Assembly (NCBI GenBank): GCA_964568845.1
Contig: CAZMSC010000003.1
Span: forward strand, 1,608 to 65,607
Origin: an uncultured Candidatus Bathyarchaeia archaeon
GTDB taxonomy: Archaea; Thermoproteota; CALKCG01; B24
Length of the DNA: 64,000 bases
Reading direction: 5' to 3'
A program made the translations under genes and the position numbers. Below, in pieces: positions 38,510 through 49,037 of this stretch. How positions within the stretch are numbered: the first letter of the stretch is position 1; each line of letters starts with the position of its first letter. A model generated the notes under the pieces. It saw nothing but the letters and a program-made list of their open reading frames with translations, searched no databases and was not told where the DNA came from.

Positions 38510-39279
38510 CTTATGTATGTTATACTCTCCCCCTTCATCCTATCTATCGTCTTCTCAAGACTTTTCATCTCGGCTTCAACTTCTGAAATCGCTTCACCTA
38601 TTTCGCCGAGTATGTCTCTTTTAAGACCTTCCAAGGGTATTTCCACGTTGAAAAGCTTACTTAAAACTTTGAGAACCTCTCCGGCTGACCTAATATCAAC
38701 AACGTAGCCCGACGTCTCTCCGAGAAGACATATACCAGTCAAATCGTAGAATTCAGCTAAACCCACGATTATCCCAGCCAATCCGACTATCGGGTTACCC
38801 CATCCACCCACCCTAACACCTGCATTTTTAAGCTGTTCAAGTGTTTCACGTTTCGTTGAAGCACCTATTACCATTGGAGTCGGGTTTTTTGAAATGCTCT
38901 GGTAGCCTCCCAAAGCTATAACCGTGTCAACACCCTTCTCTTTGACGTAGTTTAAAAGCTCGGAGACAATTATATAACCGCCTTCAATACTTTGAGGCTG
39001 AGCATCTCCGGTTAAAAGTAGAAGATCTCTACCGTTTTCCTTCGGGCTACCCCAGTAGTATAGTTCAAGCCTCAGAAGCCTAACAATACCATTTTCATCA
39101 GACAAAACATGGTATGGGAAGTACGGCGAATAAAACTCTGCGATTTTCTCAGCCTTTAAAACGTTAACCATGTGGATGACGGCTAATTTACCGATGTAGC
39201 CTAAGCCTGGAAAACCAGCTATGAGTACGGGGTTTCTAGGCTGTATTTTCCTAAGCTCTCTGATTTCAACCTTTCTCAA
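38506..39279 (-). CDS. PAC2-family proteasome assembly chaperone
   Basis: GFPG.G.IGKLA, TGD.QP, LGG, CLLGET.GY..D, C-terminal YIS. Confidence 0.9.
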   Translation of the reverse strand: MRKVEIRELRKIQPRNPVLIAGFPGLGYIGKLAVIHMVNVLKAEKIAEFYSPYFPYHVLSDENGIVRLLRLELYYWGSPKENGRDLLLLTGDAQPQSIEGGYIIVSELLNYVKEKGVDTVIALGGYQSISKNPTPMVIGASTKRETLEQLKNAGVRVGGWGNPIVGLAGIIVGLAEFYDLTGICLLGETSGYVVDIRSAGEVLKVLSKLFNVEIPLEGLKRDILGEIGEAISEVEAEMKSLEKTIDRMKGESITYIS

Positions 39280-39437
39280 GAGGAACCCCTAGCCTTTACC
39301 CTGTAAACTTCAAACTTATTGTGGAGAGAAAACTTCGCAGGGTGAGGTACTCTAACTTCTCCCCCACAATAGGGACATGCATCTTGCCTAAGGGTGTAAG
39401 CTGAACACTTTACACACTTCCTTAAAAGCCAAACCAT
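39276..39437 (-). CDS. nop10: H/ACA RNP protein Nop10, 53 aa, missing from the ORF track
   Basis: Hand translation [53 protein letters not shown]; overlaps the aIF2alpha stop (TAATG). Confidence 0.93.
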   Translation of the reverse strand: MVWLLRKCVKCSAYTLRQDACPYCGGEVRVPHPAKFSLHNKFEVYRVKARGSS

Positions 39438-40222
39438 TAATGCCCCTCCTTAAATGAAACAGTTCCACCTCTACTCTTCAAAGTCTTCTCAACCGCTTCA
39501 AAGGCCTCTCTAAGAGTGCTTGAAGCCTTCTTATAGTTTTCAGCTGAGACTTCTATCACGTATCTGGGAGCACCTATGGAATATGCTTCAACTGAAACTT
39601 CTTCATCACTCAGCCTTTCAGCTTTCATTAAAGCCTCCTTAATATCTTCAATCCCATCTGGCCTATTAGTGGTAATTTCAACTACTCCACGGACTTTAAC
39701 CGGTTTCTGCTTGATTTTCTCAGAAGCAACCTCATAGAAGGCTTTCGCCAAATCCTCCGGAATCCCAATAGCTGTTAGAAGTTTAGGCCCTCTAGCAGAA
39801 AGCCTACGGAAGACTTCATATAGGTCTCCGAAATGCACTTCAAGCCTCCTACCGTAGTCGGCGTAGAGCTCCTCGTACGGCTTACCGATTCTATCTGCTA
39901 CAAGCTTCAGCATACTTCTCCCTTTAACCCTCCTCTTCCAGTAGTATAGCTCATCCTCCTTCTCCCTCTCCGAAACCCTTCTAAGAGACAGGTCTACCTG
40001 GTTTTTAGATGGGTTTACTCTGAGAACCCTCAAGACAAGCTTCATATCTTCTTTTATATGTTCTCTTATGTTTCTAACCCAGCTCGAAGATATTTCAGAC
40101 ACGTGTACGAAGCCTCTTTTACCATCATACTCATCCAGTCTAATGTAAGCCCCATACTCCATTATTGTTTCAACCGTGCCTATTACGAGCTCACCCACCT
40201 CAGGCCACTCCTCCCCACTCAA
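39437..40222 (-). CDS. eif2a: Translation initiation factor aIF2 alpha
   Basis: [12 protein letters not shown]1 domain, H.SEI...WVRNIR, DLSLRRV, GAPRY. Confidence 0.95.
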   Translation of the reverse strand: MSGEEWPEVGELVIGTVETIMEYGAYIRLDEYDGKRGFVHVSEISSSWVRNIREHIKEDMKLVLRVLRVNPSKNQVDLSLRRVSEREKEDELYYWKRRVKGRSMLKLVADRIGKPYEELYADYGRRLEVHFGDLYEVFRRLSARGPKLLTAIGIPEDLAKAFYEVASEKIKQKPVKVRGVVEITTNRPDGIEDIKEALMKAERLSDEEVSVEAYSIGAPRYVIEVSAENYKKASSTLREAFEAVEKTLKSRGGTVSFKEGH

Positions 40223-40416
40223 CCTAAAACCTCCAGAACCTCACAGTTAAACTTGCCTTTACCACCAGTAGGTTCAACTAAAACTTCACCACATATGTGG
40301 CATTTTACCAGCATTGCCGGATGGCTGAAGACAACCTGCTCGTCGCCACATGATGGACATTTAACTCTAATGAAGGCGCTTCTAGGCTGTGGAATAAGCT
40401 CATTCTTCCTACTCAA
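40219..40416 (-). CDS. rps27e: Ribosomal protein S27e
   Basis: P.S.F..VKCP.C..EQ.VFSH....V.C..CG..L..PTGGK. Confidence 0.95.
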   Translation of the reverse strand: MSRKNELIPQPRSAFIRVKCPSCGDEQVVFSHPAMLVKCHICGEVLVEPTGGKGKFNCEVLEVLG

Positions 40417-40455
40417 GGAATCTTCCCCTCTACGTAGAGGAGTATTCTACTGCTT

Positions 40456-41262
40456 TTAACTTTTCGGTTTAAACTCTAAGAGGTTAACTATTTCAGACGC
40501 TAGTTCCGCTGTAGATGCCGCTATCAGAGATATCCTCGTATCAACTGCCAGTTTGAAGTTTAATTCAGCTCCAAACCCGTCGATTACAACCCCTCCGGCT
40601 TCTTTAACAATCAGAATTCCAGCCGAAGCATCTATCGCCCTCAAGACGCTTCTCAAGTCTATGAATGCGTCGAAAACTCCGGAGGCAACCATACATAGGT
40701 GTATAGCATTGGAGCCTAAAGACCTTACACTATAAGCCTTCTCTACAATCGGCGATAATAAGGACAGGTATTTGAAGGCTTTACCTTTAGCGCTCACGTC
40801 TAACGTTATAACGCTCTCACTTAGGACTTTGATCTTTGAAACAGTTATTCGCCTACCGTTTAGGAAGGCGCCGACACCTCTAGCGGCATAGTAAACGTCT
40901 CCTTTAGGGAAATCTATGACACCTCCGGCTACTACGTCGCTCAAGCTATAACCTTCAGCCAATGCTAGCGACGTCGAGTATATGGGGAAACCCCTTGAAG
41001 CGTTTGTAGAGCCATCTATAGGGTCTAATACAGCCACTAGGTTTCCCCCTCCGTTGACTTTAACCATCCCGGCTTCTTCAGATATTAGCGTGAATCCTCC
41101 GATTCTCTCAGAGAGCGAGTCTACAACCACCTTCTCGGCAAGTTTGTCGACGAGTAGGGGTTTCCCATAGACCGGTTTGAAGACCGCCGGGTTTTTAAGA
41201 GATTCGACTATTTTAGACTTCGACTCCTCTAAAACCTCGAGTAGCACTTTAAGGTAATCCAT
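40456..41262 (-). CDS. Inositol monophosphatase/FBPase family protein
   Basis: SEE, LDPIDGSTN, R.LGS, D..AG.LI..EAGG. Confidence 0.9.
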   Translation of the reverse strand: MDYLKVLLEVLEESKSKIVESLKNPAVFKPVYGKPLLVDKLAEKVVVDSLSERIGGFTLISEEAGMVKVNGGGNLVAVLDPIDGSTNASRGFPIYSTSLALAEGYSLSDVVAGGVIDFPKGDVYYAARGVGAFLNGRRITVSKIKVLSESVITLDVSAKGKAFKYLSLLSPIVEKAYSVRSLGSNAIHLCMVASGVFDAFIDLRSVLRAIDASAGILIVKEAGGVVIDGFGAELNFKLAVDTRISLIAASTAELASEIVNLLEFKPKS

Positions 41263-41270
41263 TAGACCGG

Positions 41271-41636
41271 TCAGCCTCTACGGCTTCTAAGAAGTATGAG
41301 TGCGCTTGCAAGGTTTCCGCCAGATTCCTCCAAAGCCTTCCTAGCCTCTTCAACAGATACCCCTGTTTGAGAAGCTAGAAGCATCGCATCTTCCTCGGAT
41401 ATCTCAGGCTTCTCCAAGATTTCCTCGGCCTTCTCAACAGTTCTCTCGGAAACCTTGCCAGTTATTTGAAAGACTTTCTGACCGCCAACCTCCATAACCA
41501 TCACATTAGGTTCTTCTATGAGAAGCTCCTTCCCAACCATATATATGACGACCTTATCAACGCCGTCGAGAGCCTCCATTTTAACACCCATACGGTTCAT
41601 AAGCCTCCTAGCTTCCCTAGGACTTATCTTCCTCAA
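41271..41636 (-). CDS. nac: Nascent polypeptide-associated complex protein
   Basis: PRE.RR.M.RMG, V...I, FQI.G, UBA-like EED..L.A.Q.GVS.EEA.KAL....G.LA; TTG start after GGAGGT. Confidence 0.92.
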   Translation of the reverse strand: MRKISPREARRLMNRMGVKMEALDGVDKVVIYMVGKELLIEEPNVMVMEVGGQKVFQITGKVSERTVEKAEEILEKPEISEEDAMLLASQTGVSVEEARKALEESGGNLASALILLRSRRG

Positions 41637-41759
41637 ACAGACCTCCAAATAACTTTCACAGCATAAATCCTTAAAACCATTTCTCAAAATCTACTGTAGA
41701 GATTTGGGAGAAGATTTAGATTTTTAACCACGACGAACGTTGATTCACTGTAGAAAACC

Positions 41760-42932
41760 CTAGTAGGATAAAGCCTTCTTTATATAATCTGCATATTCTA
41801 GAAAATTCTCATAGGAGAATTCAACGTGAACCAAGTGGTCGCATCCCGGAATATACCCCCCAATCTCCTTCAATATTAGTACCTTTGAATCGACCTCTCT
41901 CCTCATCCTTTCACCGCCTAGGGAAAGCTCTCTCTTGTCTAAGTTACCTATTAAAAAGAACCTGTCACCATACTTCTTTTTCACATTTATCGCATTCATC
42001 CCGGCGTTTACTTCGAGAGGCCATAAGCCTGTTATCCCCGCTTCAACGATAAGGTCTAAAATAGGGTTGAGGTTTCCATCACTGTCAATTAAGATCCGGC
42101 GAATCCCGTTCTTGTTTAAGAACCCTGCAACGTTCTTGTAATGTGGAAGCAGGAATTCCCTATACAGTTTCGGAGAGATGCATGGGCCATTCTTTTCAGC
42201 CAAATCTTCCCACCAGAAGACTAGGTCAATCCTATCCTTCAACGTTTCAACAGAATTTCTAATAGCCTCGATGGTAAAGTACTCCCAATGATCCAACATA
42301 TCTTCTACAAGCTCCGGATTCCTGTAAAAGATTTTTAAAAAATTTGGAATACCCATCAGCTCCGCCCCAAAACCGTAAAAGCCGTTCAAGCATAGCGCCG
42401 TAGGTCCATCCTGATGTTCTTCAAACAACCCAATGTAGGATTCCTTATCTCAATCTTTAGGCTGTCTACAAGGGTCGTGAGGGTTTAAACGCTTTTTATA
42501 ATCTTCCCAGCTTTCTCTATCTTTAACTGGGAACTCTAAAAACATAGGCATGCTGTACCACAGGTACTCCGCGGCTCTGAACCTCCTTACAACAGCACCA
42601 GTCTGTGTTAAAACGTCAACATACCTTTCATCTTCCCTTAAAATTCTCTGTCTATATCTTGGAATTGGGCCGAGGTCTAATGGAACAGTTAAGCTCAGAA
42701 AGTTGTAGCATCCAAAATAGGAGTAGGGGTTGAAGCCTTTAACAATAGGCCAGTTCAGTAGTGAAACCCCGCCGACCCTAACCTCCCAGTCTATAACTAG
42801 AACCTTGTCTGCAGGGAGCCCTTCATTAAGCCACTTAACTAAAGTCTCATCGTAGAACCTCTCACACCAAGGTAGTACATCCGGCTTTCTAAAGTCCATT
42901 ACAGCCGTAACCCTTTCTCTCCGCGTCATCAT
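41760..42932 (-). pseudogene. Uroporphyrinogen decarboxylase/MtaA-like (URO-D superfamily) gene interrupted by one in-frame TGA at 42450-42452
   Basis: The two track ORFs share a frame: ...PKD*DKESYIGLFEEH...; motifs WEDLA...GP..SP....F..P.Y, DSDG, GYIP..DH. Confidence 0.8.
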
Positions 42933-42981
42933 ATTGAAACCGTACGATATGTCGTAGAAATCAACTTAAATATTTATAACT

Positions 42982-42998
42982 GGCTGAATAATTCAGCC
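42982..42998. promoter_or_regulatory. Palindromic operator candidate abutting the TATA box of the URO-D-like gene
   Basis: GGCTGAAT-A-ATTCAGCC next to minus-strand TTATAAATATTTAA (42966-42979). Confidence 0.5.
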
Positions 42999-43223
42999 TA
43001 CCGTAATACCATCGGCAGTAGTATAGCATGCCTCTAATCCCCAGAAGAAGAGTAGAGATGGCAGATTTAAACCACGTAACCTTCTCCTCAACAATCTCCT
43101 TTGAGATTCCCCTACCAAAAGAAAATTTCGCAAAAATATATGTGTTTTTATTCCGCCTCCCTTCACGTACTTATACGTTCAGGTTTTCGTAGGCTAAAAT
43201 CGCTTTTTATCTGGGTTTAGGCT

Positions 43224-44714
43224 TTACCTGTAGTAGCTTTTCAAAGCGTCTAAGGCTTTAACGTACTGCTCGTACAGGTTTATGTAGGCTTCCCTGTTTT
43301 GGCTTGGCGTGTACGTTTCGCTTACGCGTACTGTCGATAAGGCCTCCTCGAAACTACTGTAGACGCCTATTCCTTTGAAGGCGGTTAAAGCTGCTCCGAA
43401 TACTGTAGCCTCTCTTATAGTGTTTACGGATATAGGCATCCCCGTTACGTCTGCCCTCAGCTGATTCCAAAGCCTGTTCTTAGAACCCCCACCTACGACT
43501 CTAATGGCATCTATCTGGAAGGCTGTAGATTTTATTAGAGCATTTACAGCGAGCTTAAGCTGGCAACTCAGCCCTTCTAATGCAGCACGGTACACTTGAG
43601 CTCTGGAAGTCCCGAGCGTTAAACCGAGCAGTGTACCCTCGGTTTTGAACCTTCTAGTCGGTCCAGAGTCTTTAACGAAGCTCGGTATGAAGAGTAGTCC
43701 ACCTGAACCCGGCTGTACATTAGAGGCGTCTCTAACCAGTGGGTCGTAATCGCCTTCTGAAAGCTCAGGGTAAAGCCTTTCCCTCACCCACTCTAAGACA
43801 GCTGAGGCTATCATCAAAAGCTGAGGGTTCCATAGACCTGGTTCAACATCAGCCTCTGTGATAACGCCCCATTCAAACCCCTCCCTAGATGGGTTGAAAA
43901 CGCTACTTCTAACGGCTAGAATTTCCCAAGTTCCACTCGACAATACGGCTTCACCATACTTAACACCGGCGCCCAGTATTGCGAATTGAGTGTCATGGCC
44001 ACCTACTACAACCGGAGTACCTTCAGCCAAGCCTGTTTCCTCCGAGGCTTCAGCTGTAACATATCCTACTACGTCGCCCGGTTCAAACCACTCTGGGAAG
44101 AAGCCTACATCTAAACCGGCCAGCTTAAGCATTTCAGGAGACCAGTCTCTCTTGGCTAGGTTCATAGCCATCATGGTTGAAGCGTCCGTAGGCTCTATGT
44201 GGAATACGCCTGTAAGCCTATGCGTTATCAAACCGGGCATCATAAGCCAAGTATAGGCTTCATCCAAGGCCCTAGGCTCATTCTCCCTAAGCCAGATAAG
44301 CTTCAAAAGTGTATTGAAGGATATTATCTGGTAGCCTGTTATTCTGTATATCTCCCAGGGATCCATAATCGACGGCAATCGCTCAGCGATCGAAACAGTC
44401 CTAGGGCACTGCCAGCATATAGGTGGGTAGGTCAATTCACCATTCCTCTTAACTGGAGCACCATCAGCCCCCCAAGTGGTAACGATCACGGCATCAACCC
44501 TACCGACTTTAGAAAGTACACTTCTAAGAACCGTACGAACTCTATCCCATAATTCACTCATATCCCATATGAGCCATCCAGCTCCATCCGGTTGAGGCGA
44601 AGGCCTATTCGACAGTGAAGACTGAGCTGTAAAAACACCGCTTGAATCTACAACGACGGCTCTAATGTTTGTAGAGCCGCAGTCTACAACCGCTACAAGC
44701 CTATCAGCCCTCAT
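43224..44714 (-). CDS. fucK: FGGY sugar kinase, L-fuculokinase-like
   Basis: DCG.TN.R, WQCPRT, FNTL.KL.WL.E, GHDTQFA, SSGTWEIL, GGGS.N.LWNQ. Confidence 0.75.
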   Translation of the reverse strand: MRADRLVAVVDCGSTNIRAVVVDSSGVFTAQSSLSNRPSPQPDGAGWLIWDMSELWDRVRTVLRSVLSKVGRVDAVIVTTWGADGAPVKRNGELTYPPICWQCPRTVSIAERLPSIMDPWEIYRITGYQIISFNTLLKLIWLRENEPRALDEAYTWLMMPGLITHRLTGVFHIEPTDASTMMAMNLAKRDWSPEMLKLAGLDVGFFPEWFEPGDVVGYVTAEASEETGLAEGTPVVVGGHDTQFAILGAGVKYGEAVLSSGTWEILAVRSSVFNPSREGFEWGVITEADVEPGLWNPQLLMIASAVLEWVRERLYPELSEGDYDPLVRDASNVQPGSGGLLFIPSFVKDSGPTRRFKTEGTLLGLTLGTSRAQVYRAALEGLSCQLKLAVNALIKSTAFQIDAIRVVGGGSKNRLWNQLRADVTGMPISVNTIREATVFGAALTAFKGIGVYSSFEEALSTVRVSETYTPSQNREAYINLYEQYVKALDALKSYYR

Positions 44715-44783
44715 ACTGACTGAATGAATCTACTATCGCCAGAAACTTAAAGCTTAAGTCTCAACAGCGAGTAGTAAGCTCTG

Positions 44784-45551
44784 GTGGTCATTCTGAAGGT
44801 CGTAGATGCACACGTTCATCCTCCAGCTGACGGAAACCTAAGAGGGTTTGTAGAAGCATGTGAAAAAGCGGGGATTGTAAAAAGCTTCATGTGCGGTCTC
44901 CCGGAAGGCTTTGGAAAAATGAGCAATGACATCGTCGAAAAAGCGTTTATAGAGTACCCGGATCTAATCGAAGGATTTGGATACGTAGACTTGGGGAGAG
45001 AGCCGGTTCAAATAGTAGATAACTTATATAGTAGAGAATTCACAGGCCTCAAGTTTATAGGTCCTCCAAAGCCTTACGACGTAGACGAATACTTCCCATA
45101 CTATGAGCGGGCTGAGCAATACGGCATGATCACACTATTCCACACTGGTATAGTGGCTAGAAGTGAAAGCGACAAGATCAGAAGGGTTTCATCTAGAAAC
45201 ATGCGCCCAGTCTACTTAGAGACCATAGCTAGAAGCTTTCCAAAGCTTAAAATTATCGGAGCACACCTCGGCCATCCATGGTGTGAGGAGGCCACGGTAG
45301 TATCATTCCACAACCCAAACGTGTACTTCGACATCTCCGGGGGGCATACATTCTACATTGCTCTAACCCTTAGAAGCCGTCTATTCTTCGACATTAAAAC
45401 ATCTAAACTCCTCTTCGGCTCAGATTCACAACCGGGTGAATTTCAAAAATACGTACACTTCTGGCTGACGGCGCTCCCACAATTGGGCGTTTCCGGGGAG
45501 CAGATGGAGGAGATATTCTACAGAAACGCTGAATCCCTCCTTAAGAGATGA
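44784..45551 (+). CDS. Amidohydrolase family 2 protein
   Basis: DAHVH, GLK, FHTG, AHLG, FDISG, FGSD. Confidence 0.88.
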   Translation: MVILKVVDAHVHPPADGNLRGFVEACEKAGIVKSFMCGLPEGFGKMSNDIVEKAFIEYPDLIEGFGYVDLGREPVQIVDNLYSREFTGLKFIGPPKPYDVDEYFPYYERAEQYGMITLFHTGIVARSESDKIRRVSSRNMRPVYLETIARSFPKLKIIGAHLGHPWCEEATVVSFHNPNVYFDISGGHTFYIALTLRSRLFFDIKTSKLLFGSDSQPGEFQKYVHFWLTALPQLGVSGEQMEEIFYRNAESLLKR

Positions 45552-46861
45552 CTTTTATGTTAGACTTCAAAGTCGAAATGCCGATGCTGAAAACTCCCAT
45601 AGCACTTATAATAGACGACCCAGCACCTTACGTAAACCACCTATACTATCTTAGAAAATTTCTAAACCCAAACTACCCAGAGTACTATGAAGAGTTTAAA
45701 ACAATACCGAATGAATTCCTGGAAGACTTCATAAAGCTCATAGAGGAGCAGACCGTCAAGGGTAAGTTCAGCGTGGTTCCAAACCCGGCAGGCCAGGGAT
45801 ACATAGACAGCGGGATTGAGGGGTATCCTAAAGAGGGTGTAAATTGGTGGATTGAAAAGGTTAGGGAAAAAGTAGCACCCATATTCGACGTAACACCTGA
45901 AATGCTAACACATACAAACGCCTTAGACCTTAAGACAGGCAAACTCCTACCGATGCATGAGCAAACCTGGGCCAGCAGTCAGACCGTTGAAACCCTGACA
46001 GAATACATAGCTAAAGCCCTTGAAACTCTTAAAAACGTAGGTTTTGAAACGAACGGTGTAACCTCCCCAGGAGCCTTCGGAATAGAAGTAGAATCCAAAT
46101 ACGCGAAAGCCGTTTTAAACGCCGTTAAGAGGGTCTACGGGTTTAAACTTGCATGGTATTTTCTCAAAGTCGATCAAAATTCGCAAGTGGTATATCCGAG
46201 GCTTGCATATCTTGATAAGTATGAGGGGGAGGCTGTGGTAAGCATCGTAAGCGGCAACGACGACGTGATATGGGAAACCATGACGCCTGAAAATAGGAGG
46301 ACGTGGTGTAGAAGTAAACTGTCAAATTATGCAGACTACTATATAACTGAAGACGGGAGAAGGGGAAGGCTTGTAGAATTGGCCAGCTCCGGAAGCTACG
46401 TAGTTTTCCATACACATTGGAACAGTTTATGGTCTAATGGAGCTGAGCACGGTTTAGATGTTATAAGGGTGGTCTTAAAAAGGTTGAACAGTCTACTCGG
46501 CGGCAAGATTATGTGGATGAAACTTGGTGAAATAGCTTTATACTATGCTGCTTCGAAGACGCTGGACATACATGTAGATAGGAAGAGTGGGCTTTTAAGA
46601 ATACTCATAGAGAACATGTTTCCATGTAGAAACTTAACGGTAAGTTTTAAACGTCCCTTTAAAGTTGGGAAAGTTCAACTGGTTAAAGGCCACTATAGAA
46701 GCGGGTGGGATGAAGCTAAGGTTTCAGAGACTGTTGGAGAACTGGATAAGTGCAGGGAAGATTTAAAGTCTAACGGTTGGATTCAAAAGCAGGGCAGAGT
46801 ATATGTATGCTTCGACAACACTATCGGGAACCTGCTTGAACTAACAGAAGCATCTACTTAA
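45548..46861 (+). CDS. Conserved hypothetical protein, possibly polysaccharide-deacetylase-like fold
   Basis: P..LIIDD, KGKFSVVP.PA, PEMLTH, GVTSPG.FG, HW..L.SNG; translationally coupled to the amidohydrolase (ATGA). Confidence 0.6.
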   Translation: MTFMLDFKVEMPMLKTPIALIIDDPAPYVNHLYYLRKFLNPNYPEYYEEFKTIPNEFLEDFIKLIEEQTVKGKFSVVPNPAGQGYIDSGIEGYPKEGVNWWIEKVREKVAPIFDVTPEMLTHTNALDLKTGKLLPMHEQTWASSQTVETLTEYIAKALETLKNVGFETNGVTSPGAFGIEVESKYAKAVLNAVKRVYGFKLAWYFLKVDQNSQVVYPRLAYLDKYEGEAVVSIVSGNDDVIWETMTPENRRTWCRSKLSNYADYYITEDGRRGRLVELASSGSYVVFHTHWNSLWSNGAEHGLDVIRVVLKRLNSLLGGKIMWMKLGEIALYYAASKTLDIHVDRKSGLLRILIENMFPCRNLTVSFKRPFKVGKVQLVKGHYRSGWDEAKVSETVGELDKCREDLKSNGWIQKQGRVYVCFDNTIGNLLELTEAST

Positions 46862-47195
46862 AACTTATTGAAACATCCCCACGTCTTATTACAACCGTAA
46901 CCTCATCACCTATATCAGGCTTAAACTCAAGTGAATCCCACTCAGCCTTAGTCAACCAAAGCGTAAACCTAGGCGTTCTAACCATACCCTTCTGAGCAAA
47001 AGGCATACTTTGAATCACTTGCTGAATTATCGGAGCAACCTCTCTAACAATACCAGCCTCATCGGTTGAAGTTATTATAGGAGGAGGAATAGGCTTATAC
47101 TCTGAGAAATCCAATTTGACACATTCACCTTCAACTGGATCCTGCGTGAGGACTTTACTCGTGAGAACGGCTTTAAAAACTATATCCGCTTTCAT
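46854..47195 (-). CDS. Arcadin-1 homologue
   Basis: SK.L..DP..G..VK.D..E...P.P, RE..P.I.Q...S.PF, PR.TLWLT..E.......IGD...V.I..G matches crenarchaeal arcadin-1 as recalled. Confidence 0.8.
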   Translation of the reverse strand: MKADIVFKAVLTSKVLTQDPVEGECVKLDFSEYKPIPPPIITSTDEAGIVREVAPIIQQVIQSMPFAQKGMVRTPRFTLWLTKAEWDSLEFKPDIGDEVTVVIRRGDVSISFK

Positions 47196-47406
47196 CTAAG
47201 GGTCGATTAAATCTAAATGTATACTCCATTATTAAAGTCTTCCCCTTATCGGTAAATTCACATATTTTACGGGATTATACGTCTACTCAGAACCGTATAC
47301 TACGGGGTTATTTTGACCACCTTTTGATTCGTTTCCCCGCTCTGAACAACTTAGTAATTCGATGCCCACCTTAACGGTATACGCAACGACTAAAGTACCC
47401 CAATAT

Positions 47407-48159
47407 CTAGGGGGATAGTATGTTCTTCTCTTGGAAGACCCACGGCGTACCAGCTACCACTTTCATTAGAGGCGTAGCTATGATCGCAGCGACAATTGCT
47501 TGTAGTAGTCTTATGGCTGGATATATGAAGGGACTGACTATGAATAGGAAGCGGACCGTTTCCACCGGTAGCCCAAAAATTCCATTGTAAACCAGCGGTG
47601 TGGCGAATGCTAACGAGCCCCACATGTTGTCGACCTGATTCCCTACGAATGCCAGTATGAGGTAGAATATGGGTAGAGACTTCGAGTTTGATAGATGTTT
47701 GGCGAATTTTACACATGGCAGTATTAACAGTAACGCTATAACCTTATCCCATAAAACAGCTACACCTACGTAGAAGTTCTTATCAATAGGTTGAACGGGA
47801 GGCGTGAATAGGAACGCTACGATCAAGAGAGCATAGATAGAAAAGCCAACCTTCCACCTCTTATAGAATATCAAACCAGTTACCAGAGCATTTAAAGGTG
47901 GCGACAATAGGAAGGGCATCCCGTAAGGGCTCATACTTCCAGGTGGAAGCGACCAGGAAACTAATGCACCTACAAATGCGGCTAGAGCGCCTAGGTAAGG
48001 GCCTAAGATAAGTCCATACACAGATGCTATGAGAGCCTCTAGACTTATCTTTATCTCCGGAATGGCAACAGCTGGGATGAAGGGGCTGATGAGTGAAAGC
48101 ACATAGTATAAAGCTGCAAAAATAGCCGTTAAAGCCACATTTTTCGTTGAAAGCCTCAT
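47407..48159 (-). CDS. ECF transporter S-component-like membrane protein
   Basis: A..AIFAALY, GLILGPY.G.LA, about 7 TM segments. Confidence 0.75.
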   Translation of the reverse strand: MRLSTKNVALTAIFAALYYVLSLISPFIPAVAIPEIKISLEALIASVYGLILGPYLGALAAFVGALVSWSLPPGSMSPYGMPFLLSPPLNALVTGLIFYKRWKVGFSIYALLIVAFLFTPPVQPIDKNFYVGVAVLWDKVIALLLILPCVKFAKHLSNSKSLPIFYLILAFVGNQVDNMWGSLAFATPLVYNGIFGLPVETVRFLFIVSPFIYPAIRLLQAIVAAIIATPLMKVVAGTPWVFQEKNILSP

Positions 48160-48335
48160 GTGCAACCACCACTATGCAATATTTTTCAATGATTTGTAGA
48201 TTTCTACATAAGATTCTAATAAGGTTTTTGATTATACAAACTCAAATGGTGGCGCGTTTAAACACTATGGCAGAACTCTATGAGGATTTACATAGAAAGC
48301 CGGGAAGAAGTACATTGTACTGGTATGTTTTAATC

Positions 48336-49037
48336 TTAGACCAAGTATACTTCTACTGATTTGTCTAAGCCGCGTTTCTCACAAACGTTGAGGAAGCTTT
48401 TAACATCGCTGTAGGATTTCTCATATATGTGAGCTGAATTTGAAAAGTCAACGTAGGGTCCGGGTTCAACACCTACGGCTAATGCTACAGTTTTCATAAG
48501 CTCTGTCAAAGCTAGCATATTCATGTGAGCTGCTCTAAATAAGTCGCGGCTTCTCCATTCACTCTGCATGATGAGCCTACTATCGTATATCTTAAACCAG
48601 AGCCTTTGAAGGCATGGCGGGGAATCTAAATTCACGTCTTTAACTGGCACCCACGTTATGGCTTGAGCCCTACGCGTATAGGGGATTTTTTTAAGCTTCC
48701 TAATAATGTATTCCATCTGGTTGAAGCCTTCAACACCGTATTTGAAAAGCCTCTCATGGTAGGTGTAGGGGAGCTTGCCTTCTTCAACAAGCCTATCCTT
48801 AGAGCCGTTTAAGACCTCTTCCATGTAACTCTTCAACCCAACCACCGCTAAGACGTCTCCCCTATGGACCCTAGGCTCTTTAAACGGGTCTTCAACAACC
48901 ATTAAGAGGGTTGCTTCTCTAGCCTTCTCACCATACTCCGTCGGAACCTCGACACCACGCTTCCAAACCTCTAGAAGAGCGCGTTCCCATACTGAGGCTA
49001 TCGATAAGCCTTTGACAACAACTATAGGCGCTCTCAT
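48336..49037 (-). CDS. thyA: Archaeal-type thymidylate synthase
   Basis: YTYHERL, TRRAQA.TW, PPCLQ, RSRD, N, SAHIYE. Confidence 0.85.
   Translation of the reverse strand: MRAPIVVVKGLSIASVWERALLEVWKRGVEVPTEYGEKAREATLLMVVEDPFKEPRVHRGDVLAVVGLKSYMEEVLNGSKDRLVEEGKLPYTYHERLFKYGVEGFNQMEYIIRKLKKIPYTRRAQAITWVPVKDVNLDSPPCLQRLWFKIYDSRLIMQSEWRSRDLFRAAHMNMLALTELMKTVALAVGVEPGPYVDFSNSAHIYEKSYSDVKSFLNVCEKRGLDKSVEVYLV

Noticed and set aside
42450..42452. Selenocysteine at the in-frame TGA
   Set aside because: The position appears to correspond to Trp, not Cys, and no SECIS-like element was recognised.
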